Shown: positions 54,701 to 62,370 of the stretch, one piece after another
Layout of the letters: every line of letters begins with the position of its first letter
Position numbering within the stretch: position 1 is the stretch's first letter
NCBI GenBank assembly: GCA_035273165.1
Contig: DATEPP010000139.1
Location: 158-64,157 of the forward strand
Source of the DNA: Gemmatimonadaceae bacterium
GTDB taxonomy: Bacteria; Gemmatimonadota; Gemmatimonadetes; Gemmatimonadales; Gemmatimonadaceae
Length of the DNA stretch: 64,000 nt
Direction: 5' to 3'
Notes under the pieces: generated by a model
What the model was told of the DNA's origin: nothing
Seen by the model: only the letters and a program-made list of their open reading frames with translations
The model's database searches: none
Translations under genes and position numbers: made by a program

Positions 54701-54961
54701 CCGACGCATCTGGTCGGCGAGCGATGTGCGTTCATCGAGCTCGAGGAGGAGAGCGCGGAGGGCCCCCGGTCCCTCGATTATGCGCGCCTGCTTCGCCGAG
54801 TCGAGACCGATCTCGCACAGGAGCGAGTCATCGAGCGGCAACGGATGCGCCGCGCAGCCAATCGCGACCGCGATCGGCGTGAGGCTCTCGATGGTGGCAG
54901 CATCGGCGAGGAGTCGCGCCGCGGCGCGCAGCGTACGCACGCGGGCACGATGCTGCCGCAC
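51731..54961 (-). CDS. PglX/Eco57I-like (type IIG-like, gamma-class) N6-adenine DNA methyltransferase, no recognisable nuclease domain
   Basis: SAM motif VLDPACGSGAFL, catalytic GNPPWV. Upstream conserved FLEAKGWL / IPFLNGGLF / FYTPHALV blocks are typical of COG1002/BREX PglX-type enzymes. 4-nt overlap with the helicase gene. Confidence 0.85.
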   Translation of the reverse strand: MRQHRARVRTLRAAARLLADAATIESLTPIAVAIGCAAHPLPLDDSLLCEIGLDSAKQARIIEGPGALRALLLELDERTSLADQMRRAAHRLAQHTPHVLWIVLATQPASSSVAIAAWSVDRRPPRVAALVAQRDRVVDSDAETLATLAAVADPRADADVLTHQRWVEILGREALSRRFYRSLETRVQSLASALDRGTQEERRELALLYSSRLLFLCFLEAKGWLDDDRAFLSRTFDACMTSGGGFHRRVLLPLFFGTLNTRHARRAPAARALGRIPFLNGGLFARTPNERRLRGVHFPDDEIGRLFGDLFARYRFTAREEGTDWAELAVDPEMLGKAFESLMATADRKGSGSFYTPHALVAHATDAALGRVLALSPNTCVSSSLANATEIVRQARRQRLEEITVLDPACGSGAFLVYALEELATLRRASGDDRPVADVRRDVLTRSIFGIDRNPTAVWLCELRLWLSVVIESEVSDPRRVEPLPNLDHNIRVGDSLAADVGTDRSALPSRAGMLRRLRERYARASGRRKETLVRLLDREERRLAIDTIDLELTSIAAQRRDILVALRSRDLFGDRNHSSGDARLHTRTLRARAAALRLERRRLASGGALPFSFLVHFADVLARGGFDVVLGNPPWVRLHRIPPRERVVLRERYRVFRAGGWEIGAEQAHAGSGFAGQVDLAALFIERGVRLLRPGAVLSFLVPAKLWRALAGGGVRRLLAEETRVAVLEDLAEAPSTFDAAVYPSLIVAERWNGPTNDHPGEILAAVYHRGCGSLRWRLPRRQLAFDDSPGSPWLILPPDVRQAFDRLRAVGVPFAESSIGRPRLGVKTGFNLAFLVRRASVAASDAIDVVAANGRRGRVETALLRPVVRGEGIRSWCMDGGDENIVWTHDVRGLPMERLPSGASRWLNPWRRQLAARADSRTGRWWSLFRTDAARTDHPRVVWADLGRAPRATILDAGDPTVPLNSCYVAICADEDDARTLAAILNSPIAEAWLGALAEPARGGYRRFLGWTMALLPLPQDWLRARSILAPIATAAMRGALADGELRDALLDGTLDAYGVSHEELAPLLTWLSA

Positions 54962-55067
54962 GTGGCGGCGACCGGGACCGCGTCGTTGCGAGCCGCGCCG
55001 GAATTACGCCGGATGATTCGGATGCACGCGGATGGCCGACAGCTCCTGGCTGGAGCTCCCGACGCGC

Positions 55068-56225
55068 CTAACGAGACAGATACTCGCGACCTTTCCATCC
55101 GACACGACGCCCGCGGGCGATGGCTCGCGCGATAATGTAAAGGAGCATCGCCGCGCCGAGTGGGGCGGCGAGCGCGTACCAGATCCGTTGACGGAAGCCG
55201 CGGTAGATCAGCGCCCACCAGACGAGGTTCGCCACGGCACTGACCTCGGACCAGACTAGCCACCGGTCCCCCAGGAGTCCGCCGAGCGCCAGCGGCAGAG
55301 CGATCACGGGCGCCAGCGCCATCAGCGGCGCGAGTGGGAGAACGAATGGGAACAAAGCCCGACCCACGCTCCCACCGGGCATCGCGTCGACCCCGCCGGC
55401 GAAGATGTTCTTTCCCCAGCCGGCGATCAGCTCCGCCAGCGTCGCGTACATGTGCGTCGAGAGCTGCGCGTCACCGCGTACGAGTCGCACCCCAAGGCTG
55501 GCGCGGTGGAATCGCTGGGCGAGCGCAAGATCCTCGGCCACCTTGTCGCGCACCGCGGCATGACCGCCGACGGACTCGTACGCTGCGCGACGAACGAGCA
55601 GGAACTGTCCGTTGGCGATGACGTCCTCGGCGCGACGCGCGTTGCTGACGCTCTCCGTGCCGCCGTATCGCGCGAGGAGCATCCAGAAGACCTGAGGCTG
55701 CAGCAGCCGTTCCCAGAAGCTGTGGGTCTCCTGCCGGCCCGCGACGGTGAGCAACGCCACATCGCTGCGCAGCAGGGCATTCACCGCGCGCGACAGTAGG
55801 TCCGGTGCGTGCACCGTGTCGGCGTCGGTGAACAGCAGCAGCTGGCCAGCGGCGACCGCGACGCCGGTCGCGCACGCCCACTGCTTGCCAAACCAGCCGT
55901 TAGGCAGCGGCGGGTTCGGCACGACCCGAAGCCGCGCGTCACCGGCCGCTGCGTCTCGCGCAATGGCTGCGGTGTCGTCGCGCGAGTGGTCGTCGACCAC
56001 GATCAGCTCCAGTGAGGGATAGCGACTGGCGAGGATCGAGCGAACGCACCGGCCGATGTTCCGTGCCTCGTCGCGCGCCGGTACGATGACCGACACCAGC
56101 GGCGCGGGCGACGGCGGGGTGTCGGATTCGTCATCGAGCGACCGCGAGCGACGAACACGCAGCATCGCCAACGGAGGAAACAAGACCCACGGCGCGGTAG
56201 CACCCAGCGCCCATGCGAGCGACAT
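55068..56225 (-). CDS. Family 2 glycosyltransferase (membrane-associated)
   Basis: VSVIVPARDE...LIVVDDHSRDDT...FTDADT motifs with C-terminal TM helices. The TAG stop lies inside an octamer copy. Confidence 0.8.
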   Translation of the reverse strand: MSLAWALGATAPWVLFPPLAMLRVRRSRSLDDESDTPPSPAPLVSVIVPARDEARNIGRCVRSILASRYPSLELIVVDDHSRDDTAAIARDAAAGDARLRVVPNPPLPNGWFGKQWACATGVAVAAGQLLLFTDADTVHAPDLLSRAVNALLRSDVALLTVAGRQETHSFWERLLQPQVFWMLLARYGGTESVSNARRAEDVIANGQFLLVRRAAYESVGGHAAVRDKVAEDLALAQRFHRASLGVRLVRGDAQLSTHMYATLAELIAGWGKNIFAGGVDAMPGGSVGRALFPFVLPLAPLMALAPVIALPLALGGLLGDRWLVWSEVSAVANLVWWALIYRGFRQRIWYALAAPLGAAMLLYIIARAIARGRRVGWKGREYLSR

Positions 56226-57463
56226 CAGTCGCGCCGGCGCTCCGCGATGACGGCCGCCGCCATCTGACCCGTGACGTTCGCCGTCGTCCGAAAGGCGTCG
56301 GGAATCGTGTCGACGCCGAGGAGGACGCCGATCCCCTCGGTTGGCAGCCCGATGCTCGCGAGCACGGGTACCATGGCGATGATGGATCCACCGGGAATGC
56401 CCGGAATGCTGAAGCTGGTGAGCACCGCCGTCGCGGCCGCGGTGAGTACCTGCGCACTCGTTAGGGCGATCCCGTAGAGGCGGGCGATGAACACCGCGCC
56501 CACCGTGAGCCCCATCGCGGCGCCGACGCGAAAGAGCGCCGAGGCGAGCGGTAGGAGGAACCCACTCGACTCGGCGGTCATGCCGAGCCGCCGCTGCGCA
56601 CCCTCGATGAGCGCGGGTAGAGCAGCAAGCGACGTGCGCGAGGAGAAAGCCACTGCTTGCGCGGGAAAGACCGCGCGTGCGAAGCGTTCGATCGGCACGT
56701 GGCCGAAGATCGCTGCCGCGGGATAGAGGACGAGAAGCGCGAATACCGTCGTGGCGATGGCGATGAGCGCGACATACGCTGCGAGTGCGCCGATGGCGAC
56801 GGCGCCAAGCCGGGCGACGAGTGGCAGCGTGAGCGCAAAGACGCCTAACGGCGCGAGGACGAGCACCCAGCGCACGAGACGGAGCATCGCCTCGCCGACA
56901 CCGCGGAAGAACCGGACGACCGGCTCACGCTGCTCGGCGTCGATCGAGAGGAGCGCCAGCCCGAAGAAGACGGCGAATACGATGAGGGGGAGCATGGCTC
57001 CGTCGGCGGCCGCACGAATCGGATTGGCGGGTATGAGATCGGTGAGCCACCGCCCGAAACCGCCGGTCGTCTGGGCGGCGCCATTGGCGAGCGTTCCCGC
57101 CGCACGCGCTCGCAACGCCGCGATCGCCACCGGATCGATGTCGAGACGGGAGAACGCGATCGGAGCGAGAATAGCGCCGACACAACCCGAGAGACAGAGA
57201 AAGAGGAACGCGACAACGAGCGCGCGCGTGCCCATTCGAGCGACGCGAGTCCCATCAGCAGTCGCGATGCCGACGACGACCAGCGACACGACCAGTGGGA
57301 TCACCGTCATCCGAATCGCGTTGACGAAGATCGTGCCGAGCGGCTCGACGTACGCTACGACACGCTCGCTCGTTGCCGTGTTCGCGCGGCTGAGCAGGAG
57401 ACCGAAACCCAGACCGGCGAGGAGCGCGAGTAGGACGCGCGTACTGAGCGAGAGGCGCGACAC
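56225..57463 (-). CDS. Dicarboxylate/amino acid:cation symporter (DAACS/GltP family)
   Basis: 412 aa. Hairpin-loop motifs SSRTSLAALP and IPGIPGGSIIAM. Confidence 0.85.
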   Translation of the reverse strand: MSRLSLSTRVLLALLAGLGFGLLLSRANTATSERVVAYVEPLGTIFVNAIRMTVIPLVVSLVVVGIATADGTRVARMGTRALVVAFLFLCLSGCVGAILAPIAFSRLDIDPVAIAALRARAAGTLANGAAQTTGGFGRWLTDLIPANPIRAAADGAMLPLIVFAVFFGLALLSIDAEQREPVVRFFRGVGEAMLRLVRWVLVLAPLGVFALTLPLVARLGAVAIGALAAYVALIAIATTVFALLVLYPAAAIFGHVPIERFARAVFPAQAVAFSSRTSLAALPALIEGAQRRLGMTAESSGFLLPLASALFRVGAAMGLTVGAVFIARLYGIALTSAQVLTAAATAVLTSFSIPGIPGGSIIAMVPVLASIGLPTEGIGVLLGVDTIPDAFRTTANVTGQMAAAVIAERRRD

Positions 57464-57557
57464 GCGCCAAAGCTACCCAGCACCGATCGTCGAGCAAGGC
57501 AGAAACGAAAAGGGCGTCCACCGTGGACGCCCTCTCGTGTTCGCGCGTGAGACGCGC

Positions 57558-58250
57558 TTAGTGAGACGAGCTGCTCGATCCGCCCGAGCCGCTGGAACCG
57601 CGCGAGCCACTCGAACCACCGCTCGACCCACCGGAGCCCGACGAGCCGGAGGAGCCGCTCGAGCCACCCATACCACCGGACGATCCACTCGATCCGCTCG
57701 AGCCACCCATCCCGCCGCTGGATCCACTCGAGCCCTTCTGCCCACTCTGCCCGCTCTGCCCGCTCTGCCCACTCTGCCCACTCTGGCCGCTCTGGCCGCT
57801 CTGACCACTCTGGCCGGAGCTCGAGCCGGATTTCGATGAGCCGGAGGAACCGGACGAGCCGGACGAGCCGCTGGCGCCGAAGCCGGAGGAGCCGCTTCCG
57901 CTCGACGAGCCGCTGCCTGAGGAGCCATAGCTGCCCGACGAGCCGCTGCCACTGCGACCACTCGTCTGACTGCTGCCGAGCTCCGGATCCGTCATGTCAC
58001 CGTCGCCCTGACGGCCCCGGGTCGCCGAGCTGCCGATGCCCTCGTCACCCTGATTGCCGCGATCCGTGCGGCTCTGCGAGCTGCTGCTGCTGCTGCCCGA
58101 CTGCTGCCCGAAGCCGCCACTCGAACCGCTCGAGCCTGCATTGCGTCCCGAGGTGCCGCTTCCGCTGCTGCCGGACATCGAGTCACTATCAGAACTGCCT
58201 GACGAGCCACTCGAGCCACTCTTGTTGAGATCGTCCTTGCGGTCAGCCAT
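57558..58250 (-). CDS. Ser/Gly-rich intrinsically disordered protein
   Basis: ATG 58250 lies 9 nt downstream of GGAGG. The 230 aa are almost entirely S/G with an (SGQ)n block. Coding status rests on the RBS and ORF length only. Confidence 0.5.
   Translation of the reverse strand: MADRKDDLNKSGSSGSSGSSDSDSMSGSSGSGTSGRNAGSSGSSGGFGQQSGSSSSSSQSRTDRGNQGDEGIGSSATRGRQGDGDMTDPELGSSQTSGRSGSGSSGSYGSSGSGSSSGSGSSGFGASGSSGSSGSSGSSKSGSSSGQSGQSGQSGQSGQSGQSGQSGQSGQKGSSGSSGGMGGSSGSSGSSGGMGGSSGSSGSSGSGGSSGGSSGSRGSSGSGGSSSSSH
57738..57815. repeat. 9-bp tandem repeat (CTGSCCRCT)x8.7 encoding (SGQ)n
   Basis: Direct reading: ctgcccact ctgcccgct ctgcccgct ctgcccact ctgcccact ctggccgct ctggccgct ctgaccact ctggcc. 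Confidence 0.9.
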
Positions 58251-58458
58251 CGTTTGCATCCTCCGAGTGTGATGATCCGCGGCGCAACCATTCTTCAGGC
58301 GCCGCGCCCGCGTATGGATGAGCAGGTACGGTGCCACCTACCGTACTTTCTCGCGAGTTGACCGTGCTCGACCGGCGGTCTACGTTGCGTCGCGTGACGC
58401 GAGCACGACCATTATCTGGAGCAGCGCGGCACCAGCGCGCGCGTGCCGGCCTCGGCTG

Positions 58459-59358
58459 ATGCGTCGCCCTGTGATTCGCGCCGATGCGCGCGTCGCACTC
58501 GTTGCGCCGGCGGGACCACTCGATGGTGAGAAAGATCTCGAGCGAGCGAAAGAAAATGTGCGCTCACTCGGGTGGGTGCCGGTGGTCGGCGCGAACGTGC
58601 TGGCGCGCGTTGGCTATCTCGCTGGCGATGATGGCGCGCGGCTCGCCGATCTGAACAACGCGCTCGTCGACGACGCGATCGATGCCGTCTGGTGCATTCG
58701 CGGCGGATTCGGGGTGATGCGCATTCTCGAAACCATCGATTACGCCGCGCTGCGCCGGCGCCCGAAACCGGTCATCGGGTATTCGGACATCACGGCGCTG
58801 CACGCTGCGATCTCGACGCGCTGCGACACCATCACGTTCCATGGACCGACGGCGCGCGCGAAGTTGAGTGTCTTCTCACGGGAGTCGCTCTGGCGAGCGC
58901 TCGCTGCCGGCGACCCGGCGGGACCGGCGGAGCAGGCGCGCACGCTCGTGCCGGGCCGGGCACGGGGACGCGTCGTCGGTGGCAATCTCGCGATTCTCTG
59001 CGGGCTCGCCGGAACTCCGTACGCGCCGGACTATCGAGACGCCATTCTGGTTGTGGAAGACGTGAACGAAGCAGTGTATCGCATCGACCGGATGCTCACG
59101 CAGCTCCGCCTGAGCGGAGCGCTCGCTGCATGCGCGGGGATCATCTTTGGACAATTCACGGACATTCCGCGCGACACGCCCGAAGAGGCGCTCGGGGCGC
59201 GGACCCTCGATGATGTGCTCGGTGAGACCGCGAGCGCACTCGGCGTGCCTTGCATCGCGGGCGCGCCGGTGGGCCATGTCGCCGATCAGTGGACGCTTCC
59301 ACTCGGCGCCCAGGCCGAGCTCGACGCGGATACGCGAGCGCTGCGTATCTTGGAGTGA
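58459..59358 (+). CDS. ldcA: LD-carboxypeptidase (peptidase S66, LdcA-like)
   Basis: Nucleophile motif IGYSDITALH. N-terminal VALVAPAGP. C-terminal GHV. Confidence 0.8.
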   Translation: MRRPVIRADARVALVAPAGPLDGEKDLERAKENVRSLGWVPVVGANVLARVGYLAGDDGARLADLNNALVDDAIDAVWCIRGGFGVMRILETIDYAALRRRPKPVIGYSDITALHAAISTRCDTITFHGPTARAKLSVFSRESLWRALAAGDPAGPAEQARTLVPGRARGRVVGGNLAILCGLAGTPYAPDYRDAILVVEDVNEAVYRIDRMLTQLRLSGALAACAGIIFGQFTDIPRDTPEEALGARTLDDVLGETASALGVPCIAGAPVGHVADQWTLPLGAQAELDADTRALRILE

Positions 59359-59375
59359 CCCTCACGCACGACAGA

Positions 59376-59741
59376 ATGCCCTCGTACAAGACCGGACAAC
59401 AGCTGCTCGACGAAGCGCGCGCGCGCGTCACGGAGATTTCGGCGCGCGAAGCGATCGCGTTGCGCGCCGCCAAGCCGGACGTGGTATTTCTCGACATTCG
59501 CGAGCAGCCGGAAGTGAACCTCGGAATGATTCCTGGCGCCGTGCATCTCGCCCGCGGATCGATGGAGACGAAGATCGAAGCGCTGGTGCCGCGCGAGAAG
59601 CAAGTCGTGATCTACTGCGCCAATGGCAATCGCTCGGCGTTCGCCGCTGATACCCTCCAGCAGATGGGGTATGCCGACGTCGCCTCTCTCGCTGGCGGGT
59701 TCCGCGACTGGGTGGCGCTCGGCGGAGAGGTCGCTGGTTGA
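59376..59741 (+). CDS. Rhodanese-domain sulfurtransferase
   Basis: Active-site loop YCANGNRS. FLDIREQPE and GGFRDW motifs. Confidence 0.8.
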   Translation: MPSYKTGQQLLDEARARVTEISAREAIALRAAKPDVVFLDIREQPEVNLGMIPGAVHLARGSMETKIEALVPREKQVVIYCANGNRSAFAADTLQQMGYADVASLAGGFRDWVALGGEVAG

Positions 59742-59768
59742 GCGTTTGCTGAATCGACGGGCTGGCCG

Positions 59769-60395
59769 ATGACGACGATCGACGCTCTGCTCGAGCTTCC
59801 CGATGTCCGGCGCCTGCAGGCCGCGCTCGCCGCGCGCCCGGGCATCGCCATCGATGCGAGCGATGGGCTCCGTCGGCTCGCGGCAATCGCGCTCGTGCTG
59901 CGGCCCGGCACGGGGCCGGCCGAGTCCGCGGATCCTGAGCTGCTGATGATCAAGCGGGCCGAGGCGGAAGGTGATCCGTGGAGTGGTCACATCGCCTGCC
60001 CGGGTGGGCGAATGGAGCCGGGCGACCACGATCTCGAGCAGACGGCGGTCCGCGAGACGTGGGAGGAGACGGGAGTCGACCTCGCGCGCGATGGCAAGGT
60101 GCTCGGCGCGCTGGACGACATCAGCCCGCGCACGCCGACGTTGCCGCCCATCATCGTTAGGCCCTACGTCGCCGTCGTGAAGCCCGAGCTCGAGATCGTG
60201 CAGAGCTCCGAGGTGGCGGAGGCGTTCTGGGTGCCGCTCGCGGCGCTCCGGGAGCGAGCGGCATGGGGCACGGCGATGGTGCCGGTCCGCGGCTCAGGAG
60301 AGCGGCAGGTCGAGGCGTTTCGCCACGGCGCGTACACCGTATGGGGACTGACGGAGCGCGTGCTCCGTCAGTTCCTCTTATACCTGGACGGCTGA
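59769..60395 (+). CDS. NUDIX hydrolase (CoA pyrophosphatase-like)
   Basis: Nudix box GGRMEPGDHDLEQTAVRETWEETGV, preceded by LLMIKRA. Confidence 0.75.
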   Translation: MTTIDALLELPDVRRLQAALAARPGIAIDASDGLRRLAAIALVLRPGTGPAESADPELLMIKRAEAEGDPWSGHIACPGGRMEPGDHDLEQTAVRETWEETGVDLARDGKVLGALDDISPRTPTLPPIIVRPYVAVVKPELEIVQSSEVAEAFWVPLAALRERAAWGTAMVPVRGSGERQVEAFRHGAYTVWGLTERVLRQFLLYLDG

Positions 60396-60421
60396 GCGCG
60401 CGCGCTGCTCGCGCGCGCTCC
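60395..60421. terminator. GC-rich hairpin between convergent genes (possible bidirectional terminator)
   Basis: GAGCGCGCGCG-ctgct-CGCGCGCGCTC is an 11-bp perfect stem. There is no U-tract. Confidence 0.4.
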
Positions 60422-60436
60422 CGCTCCTCTCGCCGT

Positions 60437-60853
60437 TTAGGGCTTCGCGACCTCGGCCATGATCGCGAAGACGTTGTCGTCCGGATCGTGGAAGAACGCC
60501 ATCCAGAGATCGTGGTCCGTCATGCGCGCGACGATGTGCGGCTCATCGATGAAATCGACGTTGCGGCTCTTCAAAGTCTGGTGCGCCGCGTTGATGTCCG
60601 GAACGCGGAAATACAACACCGAGCTCGGGTGATCGAACTCCTTCGTCTCCGGCTTGCTCAGCATGAGGCGAACGCCGTCGCAGTCGAAAAAGGCGAGGCC
60701 CGGGAAGGCAAAGAGAAAGCGCATCCCGAGCGTGTCGCGATAGAATGCCGTCGACCGCTCGACGTCCTTCACCGTGATTGCTATCTGGCCGATGTGGGAA
60801 AGCGAGAGCGTAGGTGTCTGCATGGCGGGCGGGGCGACTGGAGAGGCGCTCAT
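60437..60853 (-). CDS. VOC-family (glyoxalase/bleomycin resistance/dioxygenase) protein
   Basis: LSHIGQIAITVKDVERSTAFYRDTLGM is the VOC N-terminal motif. The start is uncertain (60853, 60823 or 60889). Confidence 0.75.
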   Translation of the reverse strand: MSASPVAPPAMQTPTLSLSHIGQIAITVKDVERSTAFYRDTLGMRFLFAFPGLAFFDCDGVRLMLSKPETKEFDHPSSVLYFRVPDINAAHQTLKSRNVDFIDEPHIVARMTDHDLWMAFFHDPDDNVFAIMAEVAKP

Positions 60854-60887
60854 ACGATTCTCCGGTGTTGAAATCGAGGAGCCATCC

Positions 60888-60912
60888 AAATTACTTAGCA
60901 GAGCTAATTATT
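60888..60912. promoter_or_regulatory. Candidate MntR/DtxR-family operator (palindrome TTAGC-AGA-GCTAA in an AT-rich promoter)
   Basis: aaattacTTAGCagaGCTAAttatt lies in the only AT-rich stretch of the window, upstream of mntH. A second imperfect palindrome TTAGGCAAGACTAA lies at 60971-60984. Confidence 0.35.
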
Positions 60913-60989
60913 CCTTTTTCTGAACTCGGGCGCAAGAGGCACCTTGCGTTAAGTGAGCCTCAAGAAAATATTAGGCAAGACTAAATCTT

Positions 60990-62354
60990 ATGGCTCATCC
61001 CGAACGTCTCCCTACCGCTAATACTCCCACGCCCGATCACGGGTGGCGACGCGCACGCGTCGCACCGAGCCTGGCCGAGGTCTATCGAAGCGTTCCGGTC
61101 AGCGACGGACGCTGGTGGAGGAAGATTCTCGCCTTCGCTGGCCCTGGGTATCTCGTCGCGGTCGGCTACATGGATCCGGGCAACTGGGCGACCGATCTCG
61201 CGGGAGGCTCCGCGTTCGGCTACACGCTGCTCAGTGTGATCCTGCTCTCCAACCTCATGGCCGTGCTGCTGCAGGGTCTGGCCTCCAAGCTCGGCATCGT
61301 GACGGGGCGCGACCTCGCTCAGGCCTGCCGTGATCACTACTCGCGCGGCACGAACGTCATGCTCTGGTTGCTCTGCGAGATTGCGATCGCGGCCTGCGAC
61401 CTCGCGGAGGTGATCGGAGCAGCGATCGCGCTCAACCTCCTCTTCGGCATTCCGTTGACGTGGGGCGTCATTCTGACGGCGCTCGACGTCATGCTGGTGC
61501 TCTTTCTTCAGAATAAAGGATTCCGGCTGCTCGAGGCACTCGTCGTCGCGCTCGTGGCGACGATCGGTCTCTGCTTCCTCTTCGAGATCATTCGCGCGAA
61601 GCCTGATCTGGCGGGCGTCGCCGCCGGCTTCATCCCGCGATCCGAGATCGTTCGCAATCGCGACATGCTGTACATCGCGATCAGCATCCTCGGCGCGACG
61701 GTGATGCCGCACAACCTGTATCTGCATTCCTCGATCGTACAGACGCGCCGCTACGAAGAAAGCGCGGCGGGAAGGCGTGAAGCCGTTCGTTACGCGTTCG
61801 TCGATTCGACAATCGCACTCACCTTCGCGCTCTTCATCAACGCCGCCATTCTGATCGTTTCCGCCGCGGCGTTCCACACGCGTGGTCATACCGGCGTCGC
61901 CGAGATTCAGGACGCGTACAAGCTGTTGACGCCACTCGTTGGCACGGGGGCGAGCGCCGTCTTTGCGCTGGCGCTGCTCGCCTCGGGGCTGAACTCGACC
62001 CTGACGGGCACGCTCGCCGGCCAGATCGTGATGGAAGGCTTCCTGCACATTCGCCTGCGGCCCTGGCTCCGCCGATTGATCACCCGCGGCATCGCGATTG
62101 TCCCCGCGGTCGTGACGGCTATCTTGTACGGCGAGAGCGGGACGGCCAAACTGCTGGTGTTCAGTCAGGTGATCCTGAGTCTGCAGCTCTCGTTCGCGGT
62201 ATTCCCACTGGTGCGATTCACGTCCGAGCGCGCGAAGATGGGCGCATTCGTGAATCCGGCCTGGTTGAAGTTCCTGGCGTACAGCGTGGCAGTGGTGATC
62301 GCCGCGTTGAATGCGTGGCTGCTCGTGCAGACCATGCGTGGCTTCGGGGCCTGA
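60990..62354 (+). CDS. mntH: Nramp-family divalent metal (Mn2+/Fe2+) transporter MntH
   Basis: [12 protein letters not shown] signature. About 11 TM helices. 454 aa. Confidence 0.9.
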   Translation: MAHPERLPTANTPTPDHGWRRARVAPSLAEVYRSVPVSDGRWWRKILAFAGPGYLVAVGYMDPGNWATDLAGGSAFGYTLLSVILLSNLMAVLLQGLASKLGIVTGRDLAQACRDHYSRGTNVMLWLLCEIAIAACDLAEVIGAAIALNLLFGIPLTWGVILTALDVMLVLFLQNKGFRLLEALVVALVATIGLCFLFEIIRAKPDLAGVAAGFIPRSEIVRNRDMLYIAISILGATVMPHNLYLHSSIVQTRRYEESAAGRREAVRYAFVDSTIALTFALFINAAILIVSAAAFHTRGHTGVAEIQDAYKLLTPLVGTGASAVFALALLASGLNSTLTGTLAGQIVMEGFLHIRLRPWLRRLITRGIAIVPAVVTAILYGESGTAKLLVFSQVILSLQLSFAVFPLVRFTSERAKMGAFVNPAWLKFLAYSVAVVIAALNAWLLVQTMRGFGA

Positions 62355-62370
62355 CGAGGCAAGGAGCGCC

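Larger units (their letters stand above)
413..60162. repeat. Dispersed over-represented octamer CGTTAGGC / GCCTAACG (39 exact copies found by manual scan)
   Basis: CGTTAGGC starts at 413, 1517, 3603, 4661, 6320, 7280, 8183, 8762, 9668, 10098, 15479, 27558, 36704, 42650, 44019, 54094, 55898, 60155. GCCTAACG starts at 855, 1268, 5538, 6543, 8404, 10997, 12696, 13533, 28779, 29287, 33264, 35224, 38205, 40648, 43697, 48340, 49683, 52444, 52810, 55066, 56843. Confidence 0.9.

Noticed and set aside
46556-54961. Interpreting kinase + MTase + helicase as a Pgl/BREX type 2 locus (pglW-pglX-...-brxHI).
   Set aside because: The locus has no pglZ, pglY/brxC or brxD. The kinase-like protein is about 700 aa, membrane-anchored, catalytically degenerate and on the opposite strand, so it is unlike PglW.
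58336-58356. Small inverted repeat GTACGGT-N7-ACCGTAC upstream of ldcA and the S/G-rich gene, considered as an operator.
   Set aside because: The stem is short (7 bp), the repeat is a single occurrence, and no associated regulator is present. The support is insufficient.
413-60162. The octamer as dispersed DtxR/IdeR half-sites. CGTTAGGC shares GTTAGGC with the iron-box TTAGGTTAGGCTAACCTAA, and a DtxR-family regulator is encoded in the window.
   Set aside because: The copies are single half-site-like words, mostly deep inside CDSs and in both orientations. None is paired into a 19-bp palindrome. The actual mntH promoter uses different palindromes.
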